The notes under the pieces are model-generated. The model was not told the origin of the DNA, did no database searches, and was given only the letters and a program-made list of their open reading frames with translations. Below are positions 39,821 to 52,769 of a DNA stretch of 64,000 bases, piece by piece. Within the stretch, counting starts at the first letter, position 1. The number at the start of each line of letters is the position of its first letter. The translations under genes and the position numbers were made by a program. Source of the DNA: Eledone cirrhosa (Eukaryota); the NCBI GenBank assembly GCA_964016885.1, contig OZ024746.1, positions 23,374,001 to 23,438,000 of the forward strand, given 5' to 3'.

Positions 39821-42465
39821 AATATCATCCCAGCTACCATAACTTCAGTCAATATCATCACTGCCACCATAACTTCAGTCAATATCATCACAGCCACCAT
39901 AACTTCAGTCAATATCATCACTACCACCATAACTTCAGCCAGTATCATCACAGCCACCATAACTTCAGTCAATATCATCACTGCCACCATAACTTCAGCC
40001 AGTATCATCACAGCCACCATAACTTCAGTCAATATCATCACTGCCACCATAACTTCAGCCAATATCATCACAGCCACCATAACTTCAGTCAATATTATCA
40101 CAGCCACCATAACTTCAGCCAATATCATCACAGCCACCATAACTTCAGTCAATATTATCACAGCCACCATAACTTCAGCCAATATCATCGCTGCCAATAT
40201 CATCACCATCAATATCATCACAGCCACCATAACTTCAGTCAATATCATCACCATCAATATCATCACAGCCACCATAACTTCAACCAATATCATCACAGCC
40301 ACCATAACTTCAGTCAATATCATCACCGTCAATATCATCACAGCCACCATAACTTCAGTCAATATCATCACAGCCACCATAACTTCAGCCAATATCATCA
40401 CAGCCACCATAACTTCAGCCAATATCATCACAGCCACCATAACTTCAGCCAATATAATCACAGCCACCATAACTTCAGCCAATATCATCACAGCCACCAT
40501 AACTTCAACCAATATCATCACAGCCACCATAACTTCAGCCAATATCATCGCTGCCAATATCATCACAGCCACCATAACTTCAACCAATATCATCACAGCC
40601 ACCATAACTTCAACCAATATCATCACAGCCACCATAACTTCAACCAATATCATCACAGCCACCATAACTTCAGTCAATATCATCACTGCCACCATAACTT
40701 CAGTCAATATCATCACTGCCACCATAACTTCAGTCAATATCATCACTGCCACCATAACTTCAGTCAATATCATCACAGCCACCATAACTTCAGTCAATAT
40801 CATCACAGCCACCATAACTTCAACCAACATCATCACAGCCACCATAACTTCAGTCAATATCATCACTGCCACCATAACTTCAGTCAATTTCATCACAGCC
40901 ACCATAACTTCAGTCAATATCATCACAGCCACCATAACTTCAGTCAATATCATCACAGCCACCATAACTTCAGTCAATATCATCACAGCCACCATAACTT
41001 CAGTCAATATCATCACAGCCACCATAACTTCAACCAATATCATCACAGCCACCATAACTTCAACCAATATCATCACAGCCACCATAACTTCAGCCAATAT
41101 CATCGCTGCCAATATCATCACAGCCACCATAACTTCAGTCAATATCATCACAGCCACCATAACTTCAGTCAATATCATCACAGCCACCATAACTTCAGTC
41201 AATATCATCACAGCCACCATAACTTCAGTCAATATCATCACAGCCACCATAACTTCAACCAATATCATCACTGCCACCATAACTTCAGTCAATATCATCA
41301 CAGCCACCATAACTTCAGTCAATATCATCACAGCCACCATAACTTCAACCAATATCATCACAGCCACCATAACTTCAACCAATATCATCACAGCCACCAT
41401 AACTTCAACCAATATCATCACAGCCACCATAACTTCAACCAATATCATCACAGCCACCATAACTTCAACCAATATCATCACAGCCACCATAACTTCAACC
41501 AATATCATCACAGCCACCATAACTTCAGCCAATATCATCACAGCCACCATAACTTCAACCAATATCATCACAGCCACCATAACTTCAACCAATATCATCA
41601 CAGCCACCATAACTTCAGCCAATATCATCACAGCCACCATAACTTCAGCCAATATCATCGCTGCCAATATCATCGCTGCCAATATCATCACAGTCAATAT
41701 CATCACAGCCACCATAACTTCAGTCAATATCATCACTGCCACCATAACTTCAGTCAATATCATCACTGCCACCATAACTTCAGTCAATATCATCACCGTC
41801 AATATCATCACTGCCACCATTACTTCAGTCAATATCATCACAGCCACCATAACTTCAGTCAATATCATCACTGCCACCATAACTTCAGTCAATATCATCA
41901 CTGCCACCATAACTTCAGTCAATATCATCACTGCCAATATCATCACCGTCAATATCATCACAGCCACCATAACTTCAGTCAATATCATCACTGCCACCAT
42001 AACTTCAGTCAATATCATCACTGCCACCATAACTTCAGTCAATATCATCACCGTCAATATCATCACTGCCACCATTACTTCAGTCAATATCATCACAGCC
42101 ACCATAACTTCAGTCAATATCATCACTGCCACCATAACTTCAGTCAATATCATCACTGCCACCATAACTTCAGTCAATATCATCACTGCCAATATCATCA
42201 CCGTCAATATCATCACAGCCACCATAACTTCAGTCAATATCATCACTGCCACCATTACTTCAGTCAATATTATCACTGCCAATATCATCACCGTCAATAT
42301 CATCACTGCCACCATAACTTCAGTCAATATTATCACAGCCACCATAACTTCAGTCAATATCATCACTGCCAATATCATCACCGTCAATATCATCACAGCC
42401 ACCATAACTTCAGTCAATATCATCACTGCCAATATCATCACCGTCAATATCATCACAGCCACCAT
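39821..42465. repeat. 2.6-kb minisatellite, 30-bp unit AATATCATCACAGCCACCATAACTTCAGTC with 15-bp half units
   Basis: About 88 unit-equivalents read directly; produces the ~900-codon ORFs on both strands. Confidence 0.98.
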
Positions 42466-42580
42466 CTCGCCGAGGTTAACTTTGCCTTTCATCCTTACTG
42501 GGTTGATAAAATAAATAAAGTACCAGTAATGTACTGGAGTACTTGCTGGCCTTGTGCCAAAAGTAGAAACAATTATTATC
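42466..42580 (+). mobile_element. 5'-truncated SINE family A abutting the minisatellite
   Basis: CGCCGAGGTTAACTTTGCCTTTCATCCTTAC...AGTAGAAACAATTATT. Confidence 0.85.
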
Positions 42581-42609
42581 AGTCAGTCTAATATAAACTT
42601 AGCTATATC

Positions 42610-43365
42610 CCCCACTAGTATCACCTCCATAACCTCCCATTCCACCAGTACCCCCACCACTGCAATCACCAGCATTACCAGTCACACCACCATCACCCCC
42701 ACTACAACCAGCCCCACCACCACCACAAACACCACAACCACCACCAGCACGACAACCATAATCCCCAACACCACCACTACCATAAGAACCACCACAAGAA
42801 CCACATCTCCAACCATCATTATAGCCATAAGAACCATCACCATTATAACCACAATGACCACCACAACTACAATCACCACTACAACCACCTCTCTAACTAC
42901 CACAACTACAGCCATCATTATAACCACTAGCACCACCACAACTACAATCATCACACAACTAACATTATAACCATAAGAACCATCACAACTACAACCACCA
43001 CTACAACCACCACTATAATCACCACTACAGCCATCATTATAACCACTAGCACCACCACAACTACAATCATCACACAACCAACACTATAACCACAAGAACC
43101 ATCACAACTACAACCACCACTATAATCACCACTACAGCCATCATTATAACCACCAGCACCACCACAACTACAATCATCACACAACCAACACTATAACCAC
43201 AAGAACCATCACAACTACAACCACCACTACAGCCATCATTATAACCACTAGCACCACCACAACTACAATCATCACACAACCAACACTATAACCACAAGAA
43301 CCATCACAACTACAACCACCACTACAACCACTATTACAACCACCATCACTACCATCACTTAGCCA
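42610..43365. repeat. (ACC/ACT/ACA)-rich low-complexity tract with tandem units of 119, 107 and 95 bp
   Basis: CTACAATCATCACACAAC recurs at 42942, 43061, 43168 and 43263. Confidence 0.9.
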
Positions 43366-44196
43366 TAATGGCCAGTCATTAATATTATTTTATTTTTATT
43401 TGGATTAATTTAATTCATTTTTCAAAATGTTTTTTTTTTAAATTGCCTTATGAATTTTACATTGCAGCAACGTTTAAACTATTGAAAAATCAAGAGGAAT
43501 TTTGAAACAAGTTCCTGATTTTAATCCTAATTGTTTAAAACTGAACATAATTTATTACACTGGATACAGTTTACTTTGATGCCTCACAGAATATAATGAG
43601 AATCATATGAAGAAATGACGGAGAATTGTGGTGACTCATAGAGGAATGGACATTTGTCGCTGTCAACGATGACTGTTTCAGTTTGATCAACTGAAGAGAC
43701 AGCCAGGGAAATTAATATCTAAGTGGCTGACCATTCCACAGGCATGTATACCTTTAAAGGATCATAATTCTTAGGGAGATTCAGTGTGACACAGTGTGTG
43801 ACAATGCTGGTCCTTTGAATTTCAGTATTATAAGTGCCTGAGCATTCCACATATACGTGTACCCTTATGTCTTGGGAGACACAGTGTGACACAGGGTGTG
43901 ACAATGCTGGTCCTTTCAATTACACAAATGACTCATAGATTCAACTCCAATATCCACTTCAACAACAATGACACATCTTCAACTCTTTTTATACTAAATC
44001 TACCCCCAAACCAACCCTGGTTCCACAATTTAGAGGGTTCCTCCTCATCATCATCATTGTTTAATGTCCATCTTCCATGCTAGCATGGGTTAGACGAGAG
44101 TTGTTCCACTTGAGGCAAATTGGTTGGATGACTGTGTCTCGCTCGTGTAGGACTAATAGAGATAAAACTTTTCCAACATTATTTTATATAAGAACC

Positions 44197-44379
44197 GGTG
44201 GATTGGCAATATCGGTAGAGGGTCGGACGCCATGCTTTGAAGCATAGAGTTACCTCCCTGTATGATCTGAGTTCAAATCCCGCCGAGGTTAACTTTGCCT
44301 TTCATCCTTACGGGGTCGATAAAATAAAGTACCAGTAATGCACTGGGTAATTGCTGGCCTTGTGCCAAAAGTAGAAACA
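44197..44379 (+). mobile_element. Young full-length SINE family A with 19-bp TSD
   Basis: A/B-box-like head (TGGCAATATCGG..GAGTTCAAATCC); ATTATTTTATATAAGAACC duplicated at 44178-44196 and 44380-44398; inserted in a MITE remnant. Confidence 0.9.
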
Positions 44380-46070
44380 ATTATTTTATATAAGAACCTT
44401 ATGTTAAGTTATATTACAAATACTATTTTAGCCCTTTTGATACTAGCCTGGCCAAAGCTGGCTCTGATTCTATCTATGAAATAAAGCCACCCATTTTAAA
44501 AGGTTCCTATTAAATTAAAATTTTCAAATATAATTATATCAGAATCATTTGTTAAGTTACTGTCTTAGTAATGAAATAATTAACAATTTTAGTAAATCCC
44601 TCAAAGTTCTCCATTAATTAATTTAAATAGAGTGCATTTCATTAGAAATACAGGCACAATTGGATTCGACAACAACAATAATATCTGAGACAATGAGGAA
44701 GCATCTATGTGGCTGATAGACTACTAGAAATGACAGCAGAATGTTTCTCAAACCTCAACCTACTGCCTTAAAAAAGAAGGATGGGTTAGACAATATAGTC
44801 CTTGATATAAAAATAGACAGAGGAATCATGACAAGAACCCCTTTTATCATAAATTTGTTCGAGCACAGCAGACCTTAGACCAAACAACAACAATGAAGAA
44901 GCCCCTATATGGGTGATTAACATGCTTGAAATATTATCTAAATTTCTCTCACTCTTAACCTTTTTGATACCAAATTGATTCAGGTTCTATTATACAAAGC
45001 TGTTTATATTTTTAAATGTTTATATTTATTTAAAATCATTCCATCATAATTTTATGCAAGAATCTTTGTTAATTTATATTCTTAACTCAATAATGAGAAA
45101 ATTAGTAATATTACTAAATACCTCCAAATTATTGGTTATTTTCAAAATGATTTGAAAATACACAATAGGCAGTGTATTTCATTAGAAAAAATGGTAAGGA
45201 AATGGTTACAATGTTTATATTTATCTAAAAACCTTCCATCATAATTTTCTATAAGAACTTTTGTCAAGACATCTTTCAAACATCAGTTTAATATAGAGAA
45301 AAACTAGATATTACTTAACTCCCTCCAACTTTGTCTTTCAACCTTTCAGTAACAATAAATAAAGTACAAGTCCATTGTAATAAACATCACAACTGACCAT
45401 TGCTCTCTTCAAGAGTTATCAGGGCCTGTCAATTAACCCTTTTGATACCAAACTGCCTGAAACTGATCCTTGTTTGACAACACAAAAATTTGTTTTAGTG
45501 ATTGTATTTATCTAAAAACTTCCATCATAATTTTATGTTAAAGCCTTTATGTTCCAGACACCAACTTAATAATGAGAACATTAGTAATATTACTAAATTC
45601 CTTCAAATTTTGGATTATTTTCAAAATTATTTGAAAACCATATGTAGTACCTTTCATTAGAAATATACTAGCAAACAGGTCAATTTACAGGTAAAAGTAA
45701 CAAACAAACACACACACACATATATATATATGCACAAACACAGATACAGACAAATACATACACATACTCATTTACAAACATAAATACACATTCATGTATT
45801 CACAAACCCACACATACATACTCACACTCACTCATATATGCCCCACCATGCATACAGACAAACATACATAACCACAATCACCTTACATACACAAATACAT
45901 CTACACACAGAGACATGTATACACAATGACAAATATACACGTCCATTAATATTTGATGAGTGACAAAAGATGACATCTAGGGACATTTGATATCTGGTTA
46001 CATCAGTTCCACTTCATTTACATGGCTGATATTGTCAACATTCAGGAACAGACATGAATGGGACAGTATC

Positions 46071-46592
46071 TGTATCTCTATATATGGTCACTGAAACCAA
46101 GGTCAGAGCCTCTAGATGTTCACTCAGGCCAAAGAGAAGGCCACTATATGTTCACTCAAGCCTGTAGCGCTCTCTAGACAGGAAGTAGCTGGAGTTACTT
46201 CCCGTTGAGGTTCCAGAACCTTCTTGGTGACTTCCGTCCAGAGAACTATAAAGAAGAGAGCTGAAAGCTATCTCCCTCTCTTTTCACCTTTTGGCTGCTG
46301 GTCTTCGGCCAGGCATGTTCCGCCAAAGGTATACCCTCTCGCTTCCTGACTGTGAAAAGGTAAACACCTAACTTTCTTTCGTCGTGAAATCACTAGCCAA
46401 CATGTAACACAACAACTTAACCATGGCCTGGCAACATTTCCACCAGTAGACCGTGCCTCCTGAATTCCTTAATTCGTTGTTTCATCTCTCTTGGCATGTC
46501 AGCTATTCAGCTCTACTCAGCTCAATCTTCGTAAATAAATATCGTACATACAACCCAGTGTCCTGTTATAAGCCAAAGATGGAGGCCATACA
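46071..46592 (+). mobile_element. Probable LTR (solo or 5' LTR)
   Basis: TGTAT/TATATGG ... CCATACA termini, TATAAA ~46247 followed by a pyrimidine tract, AATAAA ~46534, then TGGTGGCA (PBS-like); no TSD found. Confidence 0.55.
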
Positions 46593-47169
46593 TGGTGGCA
46601 AGTGTCTTCTACTATAACCTCGATTTAACCAATACCTTGTGAATGAAATTTGAAGCCCATCATATGTATCCTTAATAAGTGAGGTTGTCACATTTGTATA
46701 GCCTGTGTTGTAGCCTCATATCAGAATCTTGAATCATAGAACAACAGAATGGATGGCAAATGAATACAACATGTCTTCATCTATCTCATTCCTACATATG
46801 GTCAATCAATGTAATGCAACCGGAAGTCTGGTATAGTCAGAGTGGAAAACTTATGAATTGTTTCTAAGTAATTCACTTGGTTACTTTTGTACTGCAGGTC
46901 TGCTAGAGTGAACTTAACTCGATAATTAACAACTTCCTACCTCCAAATCTCAACAATATTCAACCCAGCTTTGCCATAACAGGCTAATACTTCTTTAGGA
47001 AAGGCCATTTATGTTAAAGTAGTTCCACAAACTATCAACCACCAATACTCCAAACTTTGCATTAACTTCTTTATACGCTCTCAGTTTGCTCCCACATCTA
47101 ATCCAAGAGGCTATTAATAAACTATTGAAAAATGTTCTTTGACCTTTGACTAAGAAATAAAGCTGTTTA

Positions 47170-47960
47170 CATGTCAAAGTCATTAGGCCATTTGTGACAA
47201 CAAAAAAAAACTATTAAAGTGTACGGTGACATAGTAGCGATGGAATAGTGTTGTAGATAATCATACAAGCTAAGAGACAAGCTAGGAAAGTCTGGGACGG
47301 AAAAGGGAGCAGCAAAGAGCAATATCAAGTAGCTAGAAACAAACAATCTAGGAAGCAGGTATACTTTGCTAAAGGAGAAGCAGAAAGTAAGAGGTTTACA
47401 CATGTTCGTGATTGGAGGATTTGAAGGGTCAAGTTTTCTGGATTGCAAGGCAGCATATGAGAGAAAATCAAGACATTGTTGGTGAAGAAGTCTATTTTGA
47501 ATGATAGAAACCCAATTGCTCTAACCAATACTGAAAAGAAAGAGGTATGGAAGTCCTATTATAAAATAGTATTGAATGAAGAGAATACATGAGAGAGATA
47601 GAGGTCCTTGTACACCCAACAGGGAGGGGGCATCCATTTGTGGTGACAGCAGTACAGTAGAGTGATTGAGATACTGAAAATACCTGTCAAGGAAGGTCAT
47701 ATGCATAGTCAACCAAGAAGCATAGTGAGTTATCAAACACAATGACTGGTGTAGCAGCATCATTGTCGACTGTTACAAAGGGTGTATGAGATACACTACA
47801 GAGATATCAAGTTGATAGACCAGGTTATAAAAGATACTGAAAGAGTTATAGCACAATTGTTTAAAGAGAGAAATAACTTTGATGAGATAGAGTTTGGGTC
47901 TGTGCCACAAAACAGGTACTATCAATACACTTGTCCTAGTGGACAACTGCAAAATCAGAA
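47170..47960 (+). mobile_element. Degenerate RTE-type LINE ORF fragment
   Basis: RKQVYFAKGEAESKRF, IARQHMRENQDIVGE, WCSSIIVDCYKG and YRDIKLIDQVIKDTERVIAQL..DEIEFGSVP segments in order. Confidence 0.8.
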
Positions 47961-48353
47961 CTTAGTTAATAGTCAGTTGCTGTACCTACCATATACTGTG
48001 AGCATCTTTTGTGGCACCAGCACTACCATTTTGCAGGGTGGACTGAGTGCTCATATATATATATATGTAAAAATTGCCTGATGTGTTTTGTTTGTTTCAT
48101 TTATTAACTCTATCAGAACTTAATCAGAGCAACTGGCTTCTAATGACTGAAACTAGTAAATGAATACAATAATGAAAGCATAAAAACAAACACGATGATT
48201 ACATAATATGATATAGATTGTTCACCCTGCCCCAGGGAAAACAAATGTATGTGTGTGTGTGTATGTAATCGAGGTACTCTATTTTGTCTAATGTGTAAGT
48301 ATATATTTATGTCTGTGTGTGTTCGGCGAGTGTGTATATATGTATTTATATGC

Positions 48354-48393
<40 letters not shown>

Positions 48394-48401
48394 ATCTCTC
48401 T

Positions 48402-48601
48402 NNNNNNNNNNNNNNNNNNNNNNNNNNNNNNNNNNNNNNNNNNNNNNNNNNNNNNNNNNNNNNNNNNNNNNNNNNNNNNNNNNNNNNNNNNNNNNNNNNN
48501 NNNNNNNNNNNNNNNNNNNNNNNNNNNNNNNNNNNNNNNNNNNNNNNNNNNNNNNNNNNNNNNNNNNNNNNNNNNNNNNNNNNNNNNNNNNNNNNNNNNN
48601 N
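48402..48601. other. Assembly gap (200 N)
   Basis: Run of N flanked by microsatellites. Confidence 1.
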
Positions 48602-49335
48602 TCACAGATACACATACACACACATGCATATATACACATACACACATATATACACATGTACGTACACACACATTTACATTCACATACATACACACACATG
48701 CATATATACACATACACACATATATACACATGTACGTACACACACAGATACATATACATACATACACACACACACAAATATACAAACACACATGTATACA
48801 CAAAAGTAAATTTTACTTTCATCCTCCTTTCTTTAGTACACTAACAGCCTCACCATATGTATGTATGTATACATGCATGTACATATTGAATGTATGTACA
48901 TATGTATGTATGTGTCTGTATGTATGTATTATATGTATGTATGTGTGTGTCTGTCTGTATGTCTGTATGTATATATATGTATGTATGTGTCTGTCTGTCA
49001 GTATGTATATATATGTATGTATTATATGTGTGTATATGTGTGTGTAGCTATATATGTACTGTATGTATGAATTATATGTATCATCATCATTTAACATCCA
49101 GTTCATATCTCACTTATATACATTCCATCATTTTATAGTGTACTGGGTGTATATGATTGTGGTAACAGCACTAGGAAGGTTGTTATGTCCTTCACACACT
49201 GGCAACACTGACAACATTGGATGTCCTTCCTAATGCCAACCACTTCTATATATGTATATAGGCATGCATGAGTATGTATATACACATGTATGTATGTAAT
49301 TATGTATGTATGTTTTTTTTTTTTTTTTTTTTTTT

Positions 49336-49676
49336 GAGCGGGGACATAGAAATAATCGGGCATCCAGCCCGATCGCGCAGTTAAACCACTGGGAGTGAAG
49401 AACCCCTAGCCCTTGTCAGGGCATTCTTCTAGGAGAAGGCATCTCAGGAAACTGGGTTAACTCCGATATAAAACCTGCGGCTCAGTAGTTACCGATGATG
49501 TTGATCTTTTCTTCTTTTCGGGTTATAGCTACTGTCGCTCAGAGAGTGGGATTGGCTCAGTGCACAGTCTTTCCTCACTTTAAAAATATTAGTCACGCAC
49601 AGGCATTGCACGAGTGCATTATGGCCATACTCGATAACGAGGGGGCAGCCATCATGTATGTATGTATGTATGTATA
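49336..49676 (+). mobile_element. Non-autonomous bipartite RTE-derived element with (TATG)n tail
   Basis: RTE 5'-UTR-like TCTAGGAGAAGG..AAACC segment joined to a 3' hairpin CTCG-ATAA-CGAG and (TATG)n; homologous to 49677-50169. Confidence 0.7.
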
Positions 49677-50169
49677 ACAAAACCTGTCAAAGGGCAAAGG
49701 AGCTCTTGAGAGTCAATGGCCATCCAAAATCACTGGGAGAGATGACCCCCTTAGCCTTTGTCAAGGCAGAATTCTAGGAGAAGGAAAACTCTGATATAAC
49801 CCCTGCAACCCTGATGGTATCCAATGATGTTGACTTGTTCTTCTTTTTGGTAAATATCATCTTGGTTAAGAGAGTGGGACTGGCTTTGTGCAGTGCCTTT
49901 GCTCACTATAAAAACTTCACGGCACAGGCATTGCTTTATATCTGGAGATCTCTCTGCACTTGTCGTCACATGGTACCATGGGCCCAGCACTGTGTGTCAA
50001 TCATTGTCACAAGTGTAGTGTTTGTACCAGAGTTTTCAAGTCGCTGGCTGGACTAAAAGGTCACACTCGTTCAGCGCATTGGTAGGGGTTCTCCTACATG
50101 GATATAAAGTAGTGGCCGTACTCGAAAACGAGTTGGCAGCCACCATGTATGTATGTATGTATGTGTATG
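49677..50169 (+). mobile_element. Non-autonomous bipartite RTE-derived element retaining one C2H2 finger
   Basis: Highly similar to 63524-63885 (minus); encodes [23 protein letters not shown] at 50014-50085; CTCG-AAAA-CGAG hairpin and (TATG)n tail. Confidence 0.8.
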
Positions 50170-51000
50170 AAGCCTGCGTTCTTCAGCCTTGCTATATGGA
50201 TGCCAAACGTGGAAAACTTACAGGCATCATATCAGGCAGCTAGAAAGATTTCATCAGCATTGTATCTGATGCATCCTGAACATTAAGTGGTCTTCTTACA
50301 CACCTGATGTGGCTGTACTTGAGAAAGTGGGTAGCACCAGTATTGAGAGGAAGATTATTATGAACTGCATGCATTGGGCTGGTCATGTGGTCAGAAAAAG
50401 GCCACAGGATAAACCAAAGAAATGGTTAAAGGATTTCATAAAAGAGAATCTTAAAGCTCTGAAGATTGATATGGCGAACTGGGAGAGACTAGCTGAGGGC
50501 TATACACCATGGAGAAAGATCATCAAGTATGAATGTGATGTCTTTCAGAAAAAGCAAGTGGAACATGCCGTTTTGAAATTCTCACTTCGTAAGTGGGACT
50601 CAAGTGCAATGTCTGCAAAAATCCTGCAGGAATTGAGGTGCAATGTATGTGGTCGATTTCTTCTAACAAGAGCTGGATTTGTCAACCATCTGAAATCACA
50701 CGAACCAGGGAGAAATCAAGCCACCTGTGAGATGGTTTGACTGCCGCACATTCTATGCTACATTTGCAGCGAGTGTGGCTTAATTTGCAACTCAGCAGGT
50801 GGACTGACCAGACATGGTAGATTGCATGAAAATACATCCGGTAATGCTAGGAAATAGACAGTTCAAGTGTCATATCTGTGAACATGCCTGCAAAACAAAA
50901 GTAGGTCTGAAAAGTCACCTGTGTGCACATAATTGTGCAATGTTCAATAAAGGGATGGCACTCTTCTGACAAGAAGTAGCAATTAGCATGTATGTATGTA
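50165..51000 (+). mobile_element. 5'-truncated RTE/BovB-like LINE with three C-terminal C2H2 fingers
   Basis: LLYGCQTWKTYRHHIRQLERFHQHCI*CILNIKW, HWAGHVVR, then CNVC..H..H, CSEC..H..H, CHIC..H..H; (TATG)n tail. Confidence 0.88.
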
Positions 51001-51108
51001 TGCACATATATGTATGTATGTGTGTATGCATGTATGTATATATATGTACGTATGTGTGCATTTATGTATAAGTATGTATGTGTGTGTATGTATATATGCA
51101 TATATGTG

Positions 51109-51173
<65 letters not shown>

Positions 51174-51734
51174 TATATACATGTATGTGTGTCTGTATGT
51201 AGGCATGTATATATATATATATATATGCAATAAATGTAATCTGAGTTTTTCGAATATTAATAATAACATTCGATTCGTTTGCAATTATGCAAACAAGCCT
51301 CAATTTTATAGCCATGTCAGTAGAATGAACACTTCATTCTTGCACTTATGTTGGCATGCGAACAGCAAATGTTATTATTAATATTGTATTCAGCCACGTA
51401 GAGCGAAATTTTCTTTTTTATATATATACATATGTATGTATATATGTGGGTGTATGTATGTATTTTAATATTTTTTCACCATAATCTACAATTTCCTTCA
51501 TCCTACATACCATCTGCTTGTTTCCATTCTCTTCAGGGTTACTTAAATTTCTTCCTCGACTACTTCAATTCCAGATCTTCCTTGTTAACATCTTACAACC
51601 ACTGAACTCGTGAAGAATGATATGTATAGGTGATCAGAGCTGGTACCCGGCTATTTAGCACCTTTGGCTAGCCCTGCAATTTATGGACCCTTCTCACAAT
51701 TATGCACCCTCAGTTAACTCTATATATATATATA

Positions 51735-52290
51735 AAGTATGTTGTCTGATGCTCTACAGATACTGACAATCCACCACCATCAATAATAATTGTTTCTACT
51801 TTTGGCACAAGGCCAGCAATTATCCCAGTACATTACTGGTACTTTATTTTATCGACCCTGTAAGGATGAAAGGCAAAGTTAACCTTGGCCAATAATAATG
51901 GTTTCTGATTTAGGCATATAGCCAACAATTTTTGGGGAAGGGAAAGTCGATTAAATTCACCCCTGTATATTACTGATACTTTATTACATCAACCCCTTAA
52001 GGATGAAAGGCAAAGCTAATCTTGGTGGAATTTGAACTCAGAACGTAAAAGGCCATAACTCTATGCCCTTACCACTTACACAATAATTGTTTCTACTTTA
52101 GGCACAAGGCCAGCAATTTGAAAGGGGAGGGGGGGAATTCGATTAAATCGACCTCAGTACATTACTGGTCCTTTATTACATCAACCCCGTAAGGATGAAA
52201 GGCAAAGCTAACCTCAGCAAGATTTGAACCCAGACCGTAAAGGGCCATAACTCTATGCTGCAAAGCATGGTGTCTGACGCTCTACAAATA
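51735..52290 (-). mobile_element. Cluster of nested or tandem SINE family A copies
   Basis: Three repeats of TAAGGATGAAAGGCAAAG(T/C)TAA with AATAATTGTTTCTACTT ends. Confidence 0.85.
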
Positions 52291-52660
52291 CTGCCAACAC
52301 TTACACAGTAATACAAGATGGGTTGTACTTATAATTCTAAGGTCCTCCCTTGTAACATACTATGTCAAGCTGAAACTCCTTGGAATACTCAGCCAAGCTG
52401 GCTGTTCTGTTGAACAACTGGAACACTTGTCATTGAAACAGATGAATGTCCAAGGGTGTATGTGTGTATATGTGTGTGTTGGGGGTAGCATCGGAGGGTG
52501 TCTGTGTCTGAAGGGGTGAGTATGTGTGTCTGGGGATGTGTGTATGCGTGAGTTTGAAGGTGTGTGTTTGCATGTGTATATGAATGTGTCTGTAGATGTG
52601 TGTGTGTGTGTGCTCATCTGAGGGTTTGAGTTTGAGTGTGTATGTGTATATGTGCATCTG

Positions 52661-52700
<40 letters not shown>

Positions 52701-52769
52701 AGATGGTGTGTGTGCATGTGTGTGTGCTCTCACAGATATATGAATTTGGTTTGTATGTGCAGTGATTTT

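Noticed and set aside
39821-42465. CRISPR-like array
   Set aside because: Contiguous tandem units with no unique spacers, eukaryotic context and no cas genes
42554-43279. Mucin-like Thr-rich and Val/Cys-Gly-rich ORFs
   Set aside because: Low-complexity trinucleotide tract; unit lengths of 119/107/95 bp break the frame; the plus ORF starts inside a SINE
44197-44290. tRNA gene
   Set aside because: A/B boxes belong to a SINE head; no cloverleaf, and a SINE body and TSD follow
48249-49138. ORFs spanning X residues
   Set aside because: They cross a 200-N gap and microsatellites; the TG-rich left and CA-rich right flanks may also reflect scaffolding orientation
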